Source of the DNA: Phoronis australis
Taxonomy: Eukaryota > Animalia > Phoronida
Length of the DNA: 36,809 bases
NCBI GenBank assembly: GCA_002633005.1
Contig: NMRA01001199.1
Location: 1-36,809, forward strand
Direction of reading: 5' to 3'
Shown piece after piece: positions 22,409-35,451 of this stretch (its first letter is position 1; every line of letters begins with the position of its first letter). The notes under the pieces are model-generated. The model made no database searches and was not told where the DNA came from. It worked only from the letters and a program-made list of their open reading frames with translations. The position numbers were made by a program, and so were the translations under genes.

Positions 22409-25019
22409 AAAGCAACTCACAGACTCATAAAATTGGAAGAGCAGCCAAGAGTCCAATGTTTATATGTGCTGGTACTGAGTTTGCAGTGTATCTGTAGGGC
22501 TGCTCAGTAAGACAGAAATGCAATTTTGTACTAATGCCACTTGACTCTTGACAATAAGATTTTTTCAGTTTCATGGATCTATGAATCTAAAACTGTCTCC
22601 ACAAACGCTTTTACCCTGCTATGCCAAGTGAATATTGGAACTTGTCTGTCTGTCTCCTCATACTTTTTACTTGAAAATCATCAATTTTTTTAGATGTGTT
22701 AACACGAGTTTAGCTCTAATTATCATTCTAATATGACTGTAAAACATGTGCTTGTAATCAAGTTGCCCTTGACTTGAATAATGGCATTGTGTACATATTG
22801 CACTCTGTACAATAGCATCATGGGCTTGTTTTGTTTTGGGATATGTTTAGGTATTTTCCAAGTGAATTTGTGGTGAGTTTTGATTTCTTTTGAAATATGT
22901 CAAAATTTGTAGGTCAAACAATACCTCCCAGTTTTAATGCTTTACTTCTTACAAGAACGACCACCCATAATTTGAGTTTTCTTCTGAAGACAACCACCCA
23001 TAATTTTTTATTTCAACTACTTTCCCCCCTCATCATATTCGGATTTTGCTGGAACAGCCCTAACGAATATGGTCATAAAATATATTTTTGAAGTAGATAT
23101 ATGTATGAATAGCAAGCTGAAATATGAGATGTTATTGTACTAATGTCAAATTTTGGCATAAGGTGTTGTTTTCGTTTTCACAGAATTTTTGACATAAACT
23201 CTACGTTGTCGGCATTATTATTGCCCGCAAATGCGTTGTCATGTTCTCCATAACTTTGACAAATGTTTACTGAGAATTGTTTCCTTTTTTCTGCCAATGT
23301 TTTTCTTCTACTAGATGTTTTTAGATAAAAAAGCTGAATCACAATTACCAAATGTCTTTGAAGAGGTGCTGGTAGAGGGCACTGTCGTATGAACACCACA
23401 TCATTGACAGCACATGTTAGTGAACATGTTTATCGCTTACAAAGAATATGTGATAACCATTCGTGCTACTGTGCACTGTCTGTAGGTCAACAGATTAGCC
23501 AAAGTTGGAGGACTCCATTTCATAGCTGTTACAGCATTTGAAACTGCTTGCCATTGAATCACCTTAACTGACACTAGCCGATAAATTCTTGACTGTTGCC
23601 TAATCAGTCTGAGAGTGAATGGTGTAGGAAGTGTCTTAAGCCGACATTTTACTGATCCCGAGTGTAATATGGGCCAAGGAGGAGCAGTGTTGCCCGAGGC
23701 CAAAGGCAGCATATGTCCTTCTCAGGTCTATATAACCTAATCTGCCCGATAGATCAATTTATATATTTTTTTTATTAAATGGCTACTGGTGCTTCGTTAA
23801 TACTTTGATGTACTGACATTGTCTGCTTGCTTTGTTGTCGGGGTTTATTTTTTTATGGTATCTGATTGGTCACATTGCTAGTTGCGTGACATCCTGGTGG
23901 CATAAATGAAAAGTGTTATTCCACAGGGAGGTGGGTCAAAATTATCAAATTGTGTTCCAGACAATCATAGGACAGAAGTGTCATTAGTCATGTAATGAAA
24001 CAACATGAGTAACCCAAAATGTAATGTCAGAACTTAAAGTTATGTGGCACCTTACTGACAGATATGTACAAACTTTGGAATACAACCTTCTATAACACTA
24101 CTTTTGTTCGTGAAATTAGAGAGTCCGTATATATTGACTTTATATATCAGTCTGTCATTAATTGGGTCCCTTGACCATATTTTAAGAAGATTCCAAAAAA
24201 AGGGAATACATTCATGTCAAAACAGCGGAGTCGATAAAATGACCAATTTTCTTTTTATAAATGTTCAAGATGAAATCTGAAAAATGCCGATTCTGTTTTC
24301 TTAGTAACCCTTTTCGTTTTATTCAATGTTTGAGTTCTTCATGAAATTACTGAAAGTCCCTGTTTTAGCTAGCCCTCCCATGCCAAAGTAGATCAGTCAA
24401 AAGACAATCTCTAAAAGCCTGATGGGAAACAGTGCATAAAGTACAAGATCTGAAAGTTTTTATTGGAATCCTATCAGAAATTTTCAAGATATGTTTTCAG
24501 CTTTACCAAGTTTGGACATTTGTCTAGGATCTCCCATAACCATTACCTGTTACTTGAACAATGTTCGTTTACTGCGCAGTGAATGATATCGTATAACTGT
24601 TGGTCTTCACATACGCCATACGTTGATCACATCAGGTGTTGGCTAACAGGTTAGCTGAAAGTCCTGGGTTCAAACCTTGGTTGGGGACAGAGAGCATTTT
24701 AGATGTAACTATGCACAGTATCACCTGATGCCAACAAAATATGGGTGTTAAAAGATTTATAATTCATGCTTATTATTCTTAAAGTTTTAGCATTTTTTCT
24801 TTTGAATTAAAGTTAGGGCAGACTCTAGTCAAAAATGGAATCTGTTACTGTGAAAAAATCAACTTTCTTCAGTTTGCCTCTGTACCTTCGAACTTCAGTT
24901 GTGTATTTTCATGAAATACAGCAAATAGGTTTCTATTAAGGAGACGACAACGCCTTCCCATTTTTGGACAAAATTAATCTGCGTCAGCTGGTGGCACTTT
25001 TAAAATTTTCTTGTATGTG

Positions 25020-25400
25020 TTTGACGCCTGCGTCTCTGTCTGCCAAACCATTCAAAAGACGATGGAAATTGAAGCTTTTGTTCCTGATGCTAAAACCCTG
25101 ACTCATGTCAATTTTCGGATGTGTTTGACTTCTGGCGCCCTTTTGGGGCAATTTTGCTTTTTTTACATCTAGAGCTGTATCTCCTTAATCTTTTTAGAAT
25201 CTTGGCGGAATTTGTCAGATGGGCTTCTATACAGATGGCAACATATGACGATGAGTTAAAGACAAACCACACTGAAGCTGTGCCCCCTAATGTCAATTTT
25301 TTACGTTTGCCTCTGTGTGTTAGGAGTTCGTTGGCATACTTTCTTGAAATTTGGCAAATAGTTGCGCTTTACAGAGATGACGCCACCTCAGTTCGAAAAA
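25020..25400 (+). mobile_element. Diverged third copy of the same repeat family
   Basis: CTGTGCCCCCTAATGTCAATTTTTTACGTTTGCCTCTGT and GCTGTATCTCCT match 13590-13740. Confidence 0.55.
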
Positions 25401-25729
25401 ATACACTACTGGAATTGCGTTTCAGTCGTAGGTGCATTTCAACACTCCATGTAGTTCTTGTATACAGAAGCCAAGCATCAAAAATTTTACACCATTTGAG
25501 CATTTATTGCAGTATTGCATTTGTCAAAGGTTATAATAAGTGTGTAGGGGTTAGATTGTTTTTCAAATGACAGCCCTTAATTACACAACACACATACCAA
25601 GGAGTCCGCTCAGTGTTGTCATCGAAAAAATATTATTGATTACTGCAGCAGAATATCTGTGCAAGTCGGGATGTTGTAATGTTGCATTTTAAAGGTACAT
25701 GTACCAAAATATTTAAAAATAAACTAGAC

Positions 25730-26517
25730 AGACTTCAACAAAAGTCTCCAAGACAGACAAATTTGGATAAACTTCTTACCAGTCAGTTTACGTAGTCGAA
25801 CCGTGAGGCAGATCGCAGTACCTGTGAAAGTGATCCTGAAATCCTGAGGTTTCAATAGGCACTTACATCGCCCGAAGTGATCAAAACTTTGAAAGAGGAA
25901 CTGATAGATCTTGCCCTAAGCGAGATTAAGAGCTTGTTTGAATCCAAATTAAGGAAAAGGACGACCAGATTCATGACCTTAAAGTGCAAGTGAGTGACCT
26001 TCAAAATAGTGTGGACAGTCTCGAGCAATATTCTCGTCGAAATAACATAGTAATCCACGGAATCAACGAGCCAGAATACGAACGCAAAGGGGACACCGAT
26101 AAAGCTGTTATTGATCGCAGCAAGATGCGTAATATCCACATTAGTTACGAAGATATATGTAGATCTCATAGACTGGGACCCAAGAAACCCATTCAGTCAA
26201 GGCCAATCATATGCAAATTCATAGCATACAACACCTGTGCGATGTTTCTCCACCATAAACGTTAACTCAGATCCCAAGACAGACCACTGTACATTAACGA
26301 AAATTTGACCAAAAGGAGATCCAGTCTATTTGCTCGATGTCGGCGCCTAGTGAAGTCACACACCTTAAACAGAAACTGGACCCATGATGGAAACATTTTG
26401 ATTCAACTGAAAGATAACAAGATCAAGCAAATCTCTTCCGAGACAGACTTACTTGTGCTCGAAAACTGTGAACTCGGTAGCCTGTACTCCACATCAATTG
26501 GCAAGTATGATTTGTAG
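25730..26517 (+). pseudogene. LINE ORF1 (coiled coil plus RRM/CTD, L1-ORF1/Transposase_22-like)
   Basis: LEQYSRRNNIVIHGI, RSHRLG, RPIICKF, LYINENLTKRR, WTHDGNI; stops and a frameshift present. Confidence 0.88.
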
Positions 26518-27255
26518 AACGCAACACATATTATTCAATGTAAAATATGGCGTTTTCCCTAAGCCAACAGTCTCGCCATGTTTGTTTACTCTGTTCTGGC
26601 GCAGCCCGAGTCTTTTTCACTCCGAGTCTAATCCAGCAGGCCACCCATTAATAAACAAATTCTCGTCTTTAACCCACTCATCCGTTTACAGGTGCAGTGT
26701 TTATAATGAAAGGGTTACATAACTATAAGACGCACCGTCACAGTGACTATTACCTTGCAAGCACACTAATTTTTTTACTCCTAATTTACCCCAAATTCAA
26801 GTTTACAGAAATTGCTTCATTGTGGTTACTGCATACTCTCTTAACATAAATTAAGAGCTTAGTAGAAGTGACAACGTGCCGACGTCTGCTTACAAGTCGT
26901 TCTGTGAAAAAACCTATGACCCTATAACATAATTATGCGCTCACACAAAGCAAGTGTTCTTTGCTTTTGTCCTTACTTCATTACTTTTAGTCTATTCACA
27001 CACCTGTACATACTTCTTTTTCTCTTGTTGGATAAGCATGTTAAGTATGAACTGAATTTATCAGTTTTTAACTACAGACATAATAATTATAATTGTCCGG
27101 GTGTCTGGAAAACAAAAATACCTCACTGCGTTTCGCCTATTACGCTCGACCTCACTTTTCTACTACAAAAACGACCCCGAGCTGAGTACTTACGTAATGT
27201 TTACTACACAATGAGGAACTCATGTTGTGATATCAGAGTTATCATTGAGCAAAGC

Positions 27256-28140
27256 CTTTTGACTGCTGGTGACATTGTTGTGTTTATGTTTATGTTAGAA
27301 TCGGGCATGTGACTACAGCTGATGGGATGAGTGCAGTGTGTGGGTTGATGACTCTAGGAAACATGGCTTATTATGTAATAGTGTTACTCATATAGTTCCG
27401 TTCAGCAGTTGTAGTGAGTTCTATGTATAATTGGGTATATTCCAAGAAATAACTTTTAATATGGCCATGTTCGTAGTTCAGCTATTCATTGACAAGAGAA
27501 TTCGGTGACAAATTTGGTAAGAGCAAGTAAATTCATGAAAAGTGACTAGATTGAGTCATAGGGTTAGAATCATATAAATTCTGAATGAGAAGGCACTTTA
27601 CAGCAGTTCAGAACAGAGATGTAAACGGGTTAAGACGTAGTGAAGCAGTTTATGAAGTTAAAACCGATGTAACAAGACTTTGATTCCTCCACAGAAGTAA
27701 GTAGTTATTTACTATTATTCCTATTGTAATTTTTAAGTAAAATAAGGTTTATTTAGAATTATTGTCAAATAGAAAGCTCAGAAATATGTTTGACTATTAT
27801 GAGAATAGCGTGAATAAGAAATAACGAAAGTTTAAATAGTTTAATACAAGTATGTTTGAATATGATGCAGCTATCATGGAAATTAGATCAGTAATGTGTT
27901 TAGATTTACCAAAATAATAAGCTAGGAATCTTATTACGGTAACTATTGTTATATCGGAATTATAAATAGCGTTGGACAAGTAATTGTTATTTAGATTAGT
28001 TTCTAATGTTTTGTAATTTGTTGTTTACAGATCGAATAAATATACTATCACTTATATGATTTAAAGAGGAATCCTAGTTCTCATTGGTTTCGGCCTTGAG
28101 CCTGTCAGCGGTACAGACATAGAGGTCAATCCAGGACCAG
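27256..28140 (+). other. 2A-like (StopGo) motif LLTAGDIEVNPGP upstream of APE, split by a solo LTR
   Basis: Removing 27276-28115 and one TSD gives SLLTAGDIEVNPGPGTQG...VLFTNINS; copy 1 reads TLLTAGDIEVNPGL. Confidence 0.88.
27276..28115 (+). mobile_element. Solo LTR, 840 bp (BEL/Pao-like by appearance)
   Basis: TGT...ACA ends; 5-bp TSD GACAT at 27271-27275 and 28116-28120; AATAAA near 28036; absent from LINE copy 1. Confidence 0.88.
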
Positions 28141-29626
28141 GCACTCAGGGCTTCGCCAGCTTCAAGGTCTTATTCACTAATATCAACAGTATCAAGGCGA
28201 ACAATCTTTCAAGATTTGAACTTCTCAAGCAATTTATTACAGACAACAATAACATGGTCATTGCCAAATGTGAATCCAGGACACTGTCCGAAGACAACCT
28301 CAGTGCACTTATTATTCCAGAATACAACATTGCCTACCGCAATAACGCCGGAAGGGGGTTGATCTTGTTTGTCCACAACTCCGTAAATTACAAAAGAATT
28401 GATGATAAAATTATACAATCAATGAATAACTGTTGGATTGAACTTTATGTCAACCACAAAATGGTATATTATGTTTTTTTCTATCGCTCACCCTCACAGA
28501 CGTCCCATGAAAGGAAAGCGTATTTCAAAACCTTTTCAGAACAATTGCAAGAACTCTTACAAACTAATAAAACAATTGTTATCAACGGGGATTTCAACGC
28601 AAGAAATAGTACTTGGTACTCAGAAGACAATGACAACCAAGTCGGTCTCGAATTATTCGATATTCTCCTAACAAACGACTGTGTACAACTAATGAACGAG
28701 CCGACTCGTTTAACAGAGTATTCATATTCTTGCCTTGATTTATGTATTACGAACAATCTCGGATAAATGGAATGCACTACTGTAAGGCATCCCATTGGTA
28801 CCTCAGACCACCACGTTATAAAAACAACATTCACACTCAACTGCGCACCTATACAACCGGACATTATTAAAAAGATCTGGAATTACAACCTCATTAACAT
28901 GGACAAACTGCACTCTGACATAACCACATTTAACTGGACTGAAATACTTAACAAAATTGACATAAATGACGCAGTCTCAATATTCACACAGTCACTGTAC
29001 AACATACTAGATAATAATATCCCATCAACCATGAAAACAATAAAAAACAAGAACAAACCGTGGTTCAAAATAACATTAAGTCTGAAATAAATAAAAGAAA
29101 GCTTGGCGTTATGATACCAGTACGCAACAAGAACTCCAAAACAGACATTTCCAACTATCGCCCCATACCTCTACTTAACACCTTATCCAAAATTTTAGAA
29201 AAAAATCATTTGTCAACACGTTTGACCACCTTTCTTCACAAAACCTCCTATATCTTCGCCTAATTGGATTCATGCCTGGTAACAGCCCTGTGTCCCAACT
29301 TACAGAAATTGTACACGACATCCACCTCCAGTTTGAGCAAGGGTACAACGTGAGATCCGTATTTTAGACATCGCGTCAGCTTTTGATGACTTGCTTCAAC
29401 AAAAATTACAATCTTACGGTTTCTCAGGCACTCTCCCCTTACTTTTAAAATCATATCTGGAAAATAGAACTTACAAAGTCCGAATTGAGGGTGTCTTATC
29501 ACCTTCATCAACGCCACGTTTCGTAAATGCTGGAGTACCACAGGGTAGCGTACTAGGCCCCTTACTCTTTTTACCATACATCAATGATCTTCCAGACATA
29601 ATAAACTCTAAAACATTCTTATATGC

Positions 29627-29770
29627 TGTTTATGGTACTAGATCAGCTGTTCCTTTGCGCATGCACAGTCGTCTTGTAATACCCATCTTAGTTAATAAAC
29701 AGTGATCTTACTCACTCTCTGAAAGTCCCTGTTATACCCAACAATCGGCCGTGCGAAACCGATTGTTTTA
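29627..29770 (+). repeat. 5' LTR
   Basis: Direct repeat of 33829-33972; ends TTTA rather than TACA. Confidence 0.95.
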
Positions 29771-29789
29771 TGGTGGCAGCGGTGGAATT
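29771..29789 (+). promoter_or_regulatory. Primer binding site, tRNA-Leu
   Basis: TGGTGGCAGCGGTGG(A)AT is complementary to the 3' end of tRNA-Leu (…CCACCGCTGCCACCA). Confidence 0.88.
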
Positions 29790-29961
29790 GGCCCAGGACC
29801 GGTTTGATGCAACTTGTTGGTGAGTTTTGAACTGAAACCTACCCAACCTAAGCGATTCCTATCTCATCTAGTTCGGGCTCCGTCACTGTGACTGTGCCTC
29901 GCATATTGTCCGATAGAGCTCGCTACCGGACACTATCGTTTACACAGCGCATTTGACAATC

Positions 29962-32900
29962 ATGTCGGACTCTGAAGAAAGCACACATTCACACGAACGG
30001 GCAATACATATTAAGCCTCCCAGCCCTGTTAAGCTGGCCACTGACCCTCAAGGGCAGTGGAAATTGTGGAAGCAAATATATACAAACTACTGCATAGTAA
30101 CTGAACTTGACGACTCTCGTACGGTAGCGTAAAAACGTGCATTTTTAATCTCAGTGATGGGCACAGTAGCACTCGAACTGTACACCACGTGTGACCCTAA
30201 AGACACGGACACCGCCACTGACATTCTAAGAACGCTTGATAACCGCATTCTCGGCAAGACCAATGAAACTTTTGAGCGGTATTGTTTTAATGCGAGAAGT
30301 CAAAAATCGGGAGAGTCGGTAGATACTTACCTCGCTGAGCTAAAAAAACTCGCAAAAACTTGCAACTTCTGTGATTTTCTATAGGATACTCTACTGCGCG
30401 ACCGATTAGTCATTGGTGTGCTTGACTCGAAAACCAGAAAACGCTTGTTACAGGAAGCGAATCTAACACTCGAGCTCTGTGTTGACATTTGAAAATCTTA
30501 TGAAACTACGGACACTCAACTACGACAGATTTCTGGAACCACTGAGGTGAATAAAGTGTCCCGAAAGAATGACAAACGGCCTCAACGACGTCAACACGCA
30601 GAAAAGAAGTGGAAATTCTGCACAAAGACTCATGTACTCAAAAAAGAGCTGTGTCCTGCATACGACAAATCATGTAAAATTTGCCATCAGAAAAACCATT
30701 TTGCAGGCTCAGAGATGTGCAACAGTACCCAGACTGACCTCTCTCCCAAAAAGGGGCGCGTACACACTGTTCATGATGGAAGTGATAGTTCAGATGGTGA
30801 ACTAATAAATGTTGTTAATACGTACAACCGAACTGATAAACCACTCTACTGTGAGATGTTGGTAGAAGGGCAACCAGTTACATTCCAAGTGGATGATGGG
30901 GCAACTGTATGCACTATACCCCACAAACTAGTCCCCCAGGCCCTACAAAGCCATATTAAACCTCCGTCAACGTCACTTCTCATGTGGGACAAGTCGAAGT
31001 TCCGACCAATAGGGGAGGTGATACTGAAAGTGAGAAATCCTAAAAACAACAACAAGTACAGAGTAAATTTCGTCAATTTCAACAACAACCTCACACCACT
31101 TCTTGGACGACCTGTGGTTGAGAAGATGGGATTGGTAACAGTCAACTATGACAACTTCAAACAAGTGAACATTGTACAAGATGAGTTGAATGTTTTCCAA
31201 CATGAAGCATTCTCTGACGAACTCGGAAGGTTACCTGGCAAAGTCCACTTCGAGGCGCGACCCGATGTAAAGCCAGTAATCTGTCCACCACGCAAGTTAC
31301 CTGTTTCACTAAAAGAAAAGGTACGTGCCGAACTAAACAGATTGATGCAACTTGGAGTCATCACTAAGGTAGACGAACCATCTGACTGGGTCAGTCAGAT
31401 GGCTGTCAGTGTCAAACGCTCGGGTGAACTACGCATATGCATCGATCCACGACCACTCAATGCTGCCCTCAAGCGGGAGCATTTCCAGTTACCAGTCATG
31501 GATGATCTTTTAACAAATCTTGTGAAGGCCAAAGTTTTCTCAAAACTGGACCTCACAAGTGGGTACTGGCATTGCGTTCTTGACGAGGCATTAAGCAAAT
31601 TAACTATATTTGTCATCCCCTACGGTCGTTATCGATGGCTGAGACTACCCTTTGGCACTTCGGTCAGTTCTGAAATCTTCCAAAAGCGCCTGCTGTTAGC
31701 TGTGAACGGTCTGGACGGTGTTTTTTGCGTGGCCGACGACGTTGGCGTCTATGGCGTGGGTGACGATCTACAACAGGCTCATGTCGACCATGACTCAAAG
31801 TTAGAGTCCTTTCTCAAACATTGCAGCGACCAGGGCATCCGCCTAAACAAGAAGAAATGTGAGATTCGTAAAGCAGAGATAGCTTTTCTGGGTCATCGCC
31901 TCACATCAGAAGGATTACAGATTGACCCTGACAAGTGTGCTGCAATTCTTGATCTACAGTTTCTGCCACGATTATCTGATATATTGGAACCTATTCGTCA
32001 ACTCACACGACAAGATGTCCCATGGCACTGGTCACACGTTCAAGATGAAGCTCTACAAGAAGTGAAGCACCTGAATACAACCGCACCCATCCTCAGCTAC
32101 TACAACCCCCAAGAAGAACTGGTCATCCAGTGTGATGCTTCGGACAAAGGTCTTGGTGTTACCCTACTTCAGAAAGGCAAGCCTATCGCTTTTGCCAGTC
32201 GTGCATTGACTGATACAGAAACCAGATATGCACAAATAGAGAAAGAAACCCTAAGTGTTGTGTTCGCGCTGAACAAGTTTCGTGAGTACACGTTCGGACG
32301 ACACACAATAGTACACTCTGATCACAAGCCTCTTGAGGCTATTGTCAGAAAACCTTTACACAAAGCACCTCGCCGCTTGCAAGGGATGTTGCTGAGCATT
32401 CTAGAATATGACATAGACATTGTGTGGAAACCCGGTAAGGAAATGCTCATCGCTGATATGTTGTCACGGGCATACCTCCCTTACCACTCCAGCAATGGTG
32501 TCCAATTCAGTCACATCAACATGGTTGGATGCTTATCCATCACCACCAAACGTCTAGAAACCATAAAAATCGAAACGGACCGTGACGACGTACTCCAGAA
32601 ACTCAAAGAAGTCATGCTTCGAGGTTGGCCTGATGACAATAAGTCCCTACCGATTATACTTTACCCCTACTAACACTTCCGAGATGAACTAAGTGTTCAG
32701 AATGGTATGCTTTTCAAGGGTGAGCGAGTCACCATCCCAGCCGCCCTTCGTCAAACGATGAAGGAGTCAATACACAAACCTCACTTGGGTGTTGAAAGCT
32801 GTCTGCGACGTGCTCGAGAGTGTTTGTACTGGCCCGGAATGACCGCAGAAATCAAGGCACACATATCCACCAGTGAGGCCTGTCGAACATTTGAGAATAA

Positions 32901-33788
32901 ACAGCAAAAGGAGACTTTGATGTCGCATGAGCTGCCAGACAGGCCGTGGAGCAAGGTTGGCTGCGATTTATTCACTTTTAGCAACAACGAATACGTCATT
33001 ATCGTCGACTACTTCAGCAACTACTGGGAGGTTGACAAGTTAGGTAAACAAGTGACATCACAGCAGGTGATTGGCAAACTAAAAGCATAATTTGCTCGAC
33101 ACGGCATACCCGAAACAGTTATTACTGGTGGTGGTCCTCAGTTTGTCTTCAACGATTTCCATGATTTCTCTACCACTTGGGATTTCGAGCACATTGTTAC
33201 GAGTCCTCATCACAGTCAGTCCAATGGGAAGGCAAAGTCAGCTGTCAAGTCAGCCAAATCAGTCCTCAAGAAGTGCAGTAGCGATGGCAGCGATCCCTTG
33301 CTTGCCATACTTGAGCTCCGTAACACCCCAAATCAGGGTATGAATTCGAGCCCTGCGCAACGCATGTTTAACCGACGCACACGATCGACCATACCCATGC
33401 ACACGACACTCTTACAACCAAGATCCATTGCTCCTTATCACGACATGAAGAACTTAAAAGCTGCCCAAGAGCGACAGGCGAAATTCTACAACCGCCATGC
33501 GAAAGATCTTCCGCCCTTGGACGAAGGAGACATAGTACGACTGCAACCATTCAAGCTTGGCGACAAAAATGAAAGGAAGCCACCGTGGAAAAGCGCCTTG
33601 ATGAACGATCTTATAGAGTATCTACGCCAGATGGTCATGTGTACCGTAGGAATCGTGTCTACTTGCGCAAAACCCCAGAAAGCACCAATCCTAACGATAA
33701 GGACATTTCAACAAGAAAACCGATTACAAACGAAGCTGATTACTCAATATGCAGTGAAACCAATCATGATACCAAGTTTGCCTCTTAG
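29962..33788 (+). pseudogene. gag-pol polyprotein, single frame with in-frame stops and a late frameshift
   Basis: Gag WKLWKQ, FERYCF and zinc knuckles (CPAY..CKIC...NHF); PR FQVDDGA; RT RICIDPR, LPFG, VADD; RH CDAS, YAQIEKE, SDHKPL, ADMLSR; IN with altered acidic residues (TGGGPQF, GKAKSAV). Short deletion after the RT. Confidence 0.93.
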
Positions 33789-33815
33789 TTTTAATTTAGT
33801 TTATATCAAGCTCTC

Positions 33816-33828
33816 AAAAGACGGGGGA
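33816..33828 (+). promoter_or_regulatory. Polypurine tract
   Basis: AAAAGACGGGGGA immediately before the 3' LTR. Confidence 0.85.
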
Positions 33829-33972
33829 TGTTTATGGTACTACATCAGCTGTTCCTTTGCGCATGCGCAGTCGTCTTGTAATAGCCATCTTAGTTAATAA
33901 ACAGTGATCTTACTCCCTCTCTGAAAGTCCATGTTATACCCAACAATCGGCCGTGCGAAACCGATTGTTACA
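33829..33972 (+). repeat. 3' LTR
   Basis: TGT...ACA, direct repeat of the 5' LTR. Confidence 0.95.
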
Positions 33973-34800
33973 TATGCTGATGACACTACAATTTTCCACC
34001 CATTCTCAAAAGAGCATCCCCATGATTCCTTACAATTGTAAACTGAACTTAACAAACTCTATGACTGGTCTTACAAATGGAAGATGAAGTTTAAACCTGA
34101 AAAAATATTGATCTTATATTTTCTAAGTCTAATAATACACATTTCCAAACAAATCCAACGCTGGAATTATCACTCAATGGGGAAGTTATTCCCAATAAAT
34201 TCACGCACAAACATCTTGGCTTGCTACTAGACCATACCCTTACATTTACTCCTCGTTCATAAAGTACAAAAATTAATTAATCCAATTAGAATTATCTCTC
34301 GTCATCTCAACTCCATGCATCTTGAAACTCTGTTCAAGTTCTTCCACATCTAGATTACTGTGACATAATTTACCAATCGGCAAACGCTGGCATACTTCTT
34401 CAATTAGAAAGACTACAATACCAAGCAGCTTTAGCCATAACTGGGGCATACAAAGGGTCCATCAAAGTTCTAAATCATCTCAACTGGAGCAAACTAGCAA
34501 CCCGTCGTAAACTCCACCTGTCCATGTACATGTATACATTCAAAGTCTTAACCAACATAAACAATTACTCTAACAAAATCTTCTTTGACTCCTACAAAAG
34601 ACCAAGCACGAAACCAGCACTGCGGCAAAGTAATACACACACTTTTCCGTCTTCCATCAGCCAAGCCTTCAGGAAATCAACGATATTAACTTGTATTGAC
34701 AACTGGAATTCCTTACCAATCAAAATAAAAGAAAGAACTTCCATCGTCACTCTCAAAAATAACTTTAATATGCATACCACTACTCAAGACTTGCCAGTCC

Positions 34801-35451
34801 CATTTTCACAAAAGACGTCGTTCTAGTCGGTTGGAGACTGGTCTTTCACAAATGGCACTTCACATTTACAAAATACCGCGAAAAACGGGTGATGAGACTG
34901 GATCACGCGAGATCATATCGGTTCGTATCCGCGCCAAACAAACCGCAGAAAAACGAATCGTCATTGTTGTAATTTGAATGAGTTTTGTATAAGTTAGAAC
35001 TAAGTTCTCAAAAATAGGAATTACATGTACATGTATAATCTTTGTAGTGGAGAAAATCCGAATGTGTAGACTCTTTTATGCATCAAAATAAAGACTTGTC
35101 TCCCATGTCATGCATACTTGGGGAATGCCCTACCGATGGAATCCCCGAGTAGAACCGCGACGTATGCTCACTTTTTATACAAGTACAACCGTACAGCAGT
35201 ACTTGGCTGGTCCAGGTTAGATTCCCGTTTCGGGGATTATCTGAGTCAGCATTTACAACAGTTGTTCAGTAACACTTTGATTGATTCAGAAACGTGATAG
35301 GCCTACTTCCTAAACCAGAAATCGCGAGCCACTATGTTAATAAAAAGCGCCGTCTACTGAGCAAAATGACAAAAGTGAACTACTTTCACGCAGGCTAATA
35401 TACTCCATATGAGTAAGATAATACACGCAGTGTTGGCTTACGTAGTAAATG
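34801..35451. mobile_element. 651-bp insertion with 9-bp (up to 11-bp) TSD, Mutator-like
   Basis: TGCCAGTCC at 34792-34800 and 35452-35460; ends CATTT...AAATG; absent from LINE copy 1 near 5055. Confidence 0.75.

Larger units (their letters stand above)
29627..33972 (+). mobile_element. Full-length Ty3/Gypsy LTR retrotransposon, Mag-like, inactivated
   Basis: 144-bp LTRs (7 mismatches by eye), TSD TATGC at 29622-29626 and 33973-33977, PBS, PPT, and PR-RT-RH-IN order. Confidence 0.97.

Noticed and set aside
23640-23760. GCCCGAGGCCAAAGGC Crypton/Helitron-like hairpin remnant
   Set aside because: Too short and decayed; no boundaries.
24630-24690. tRNA gene or tRNA-derived SINE (GGTTCAAACC B-box)
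   Set aside because: No A-box or cloverleaf can be built; at most an old remnant.
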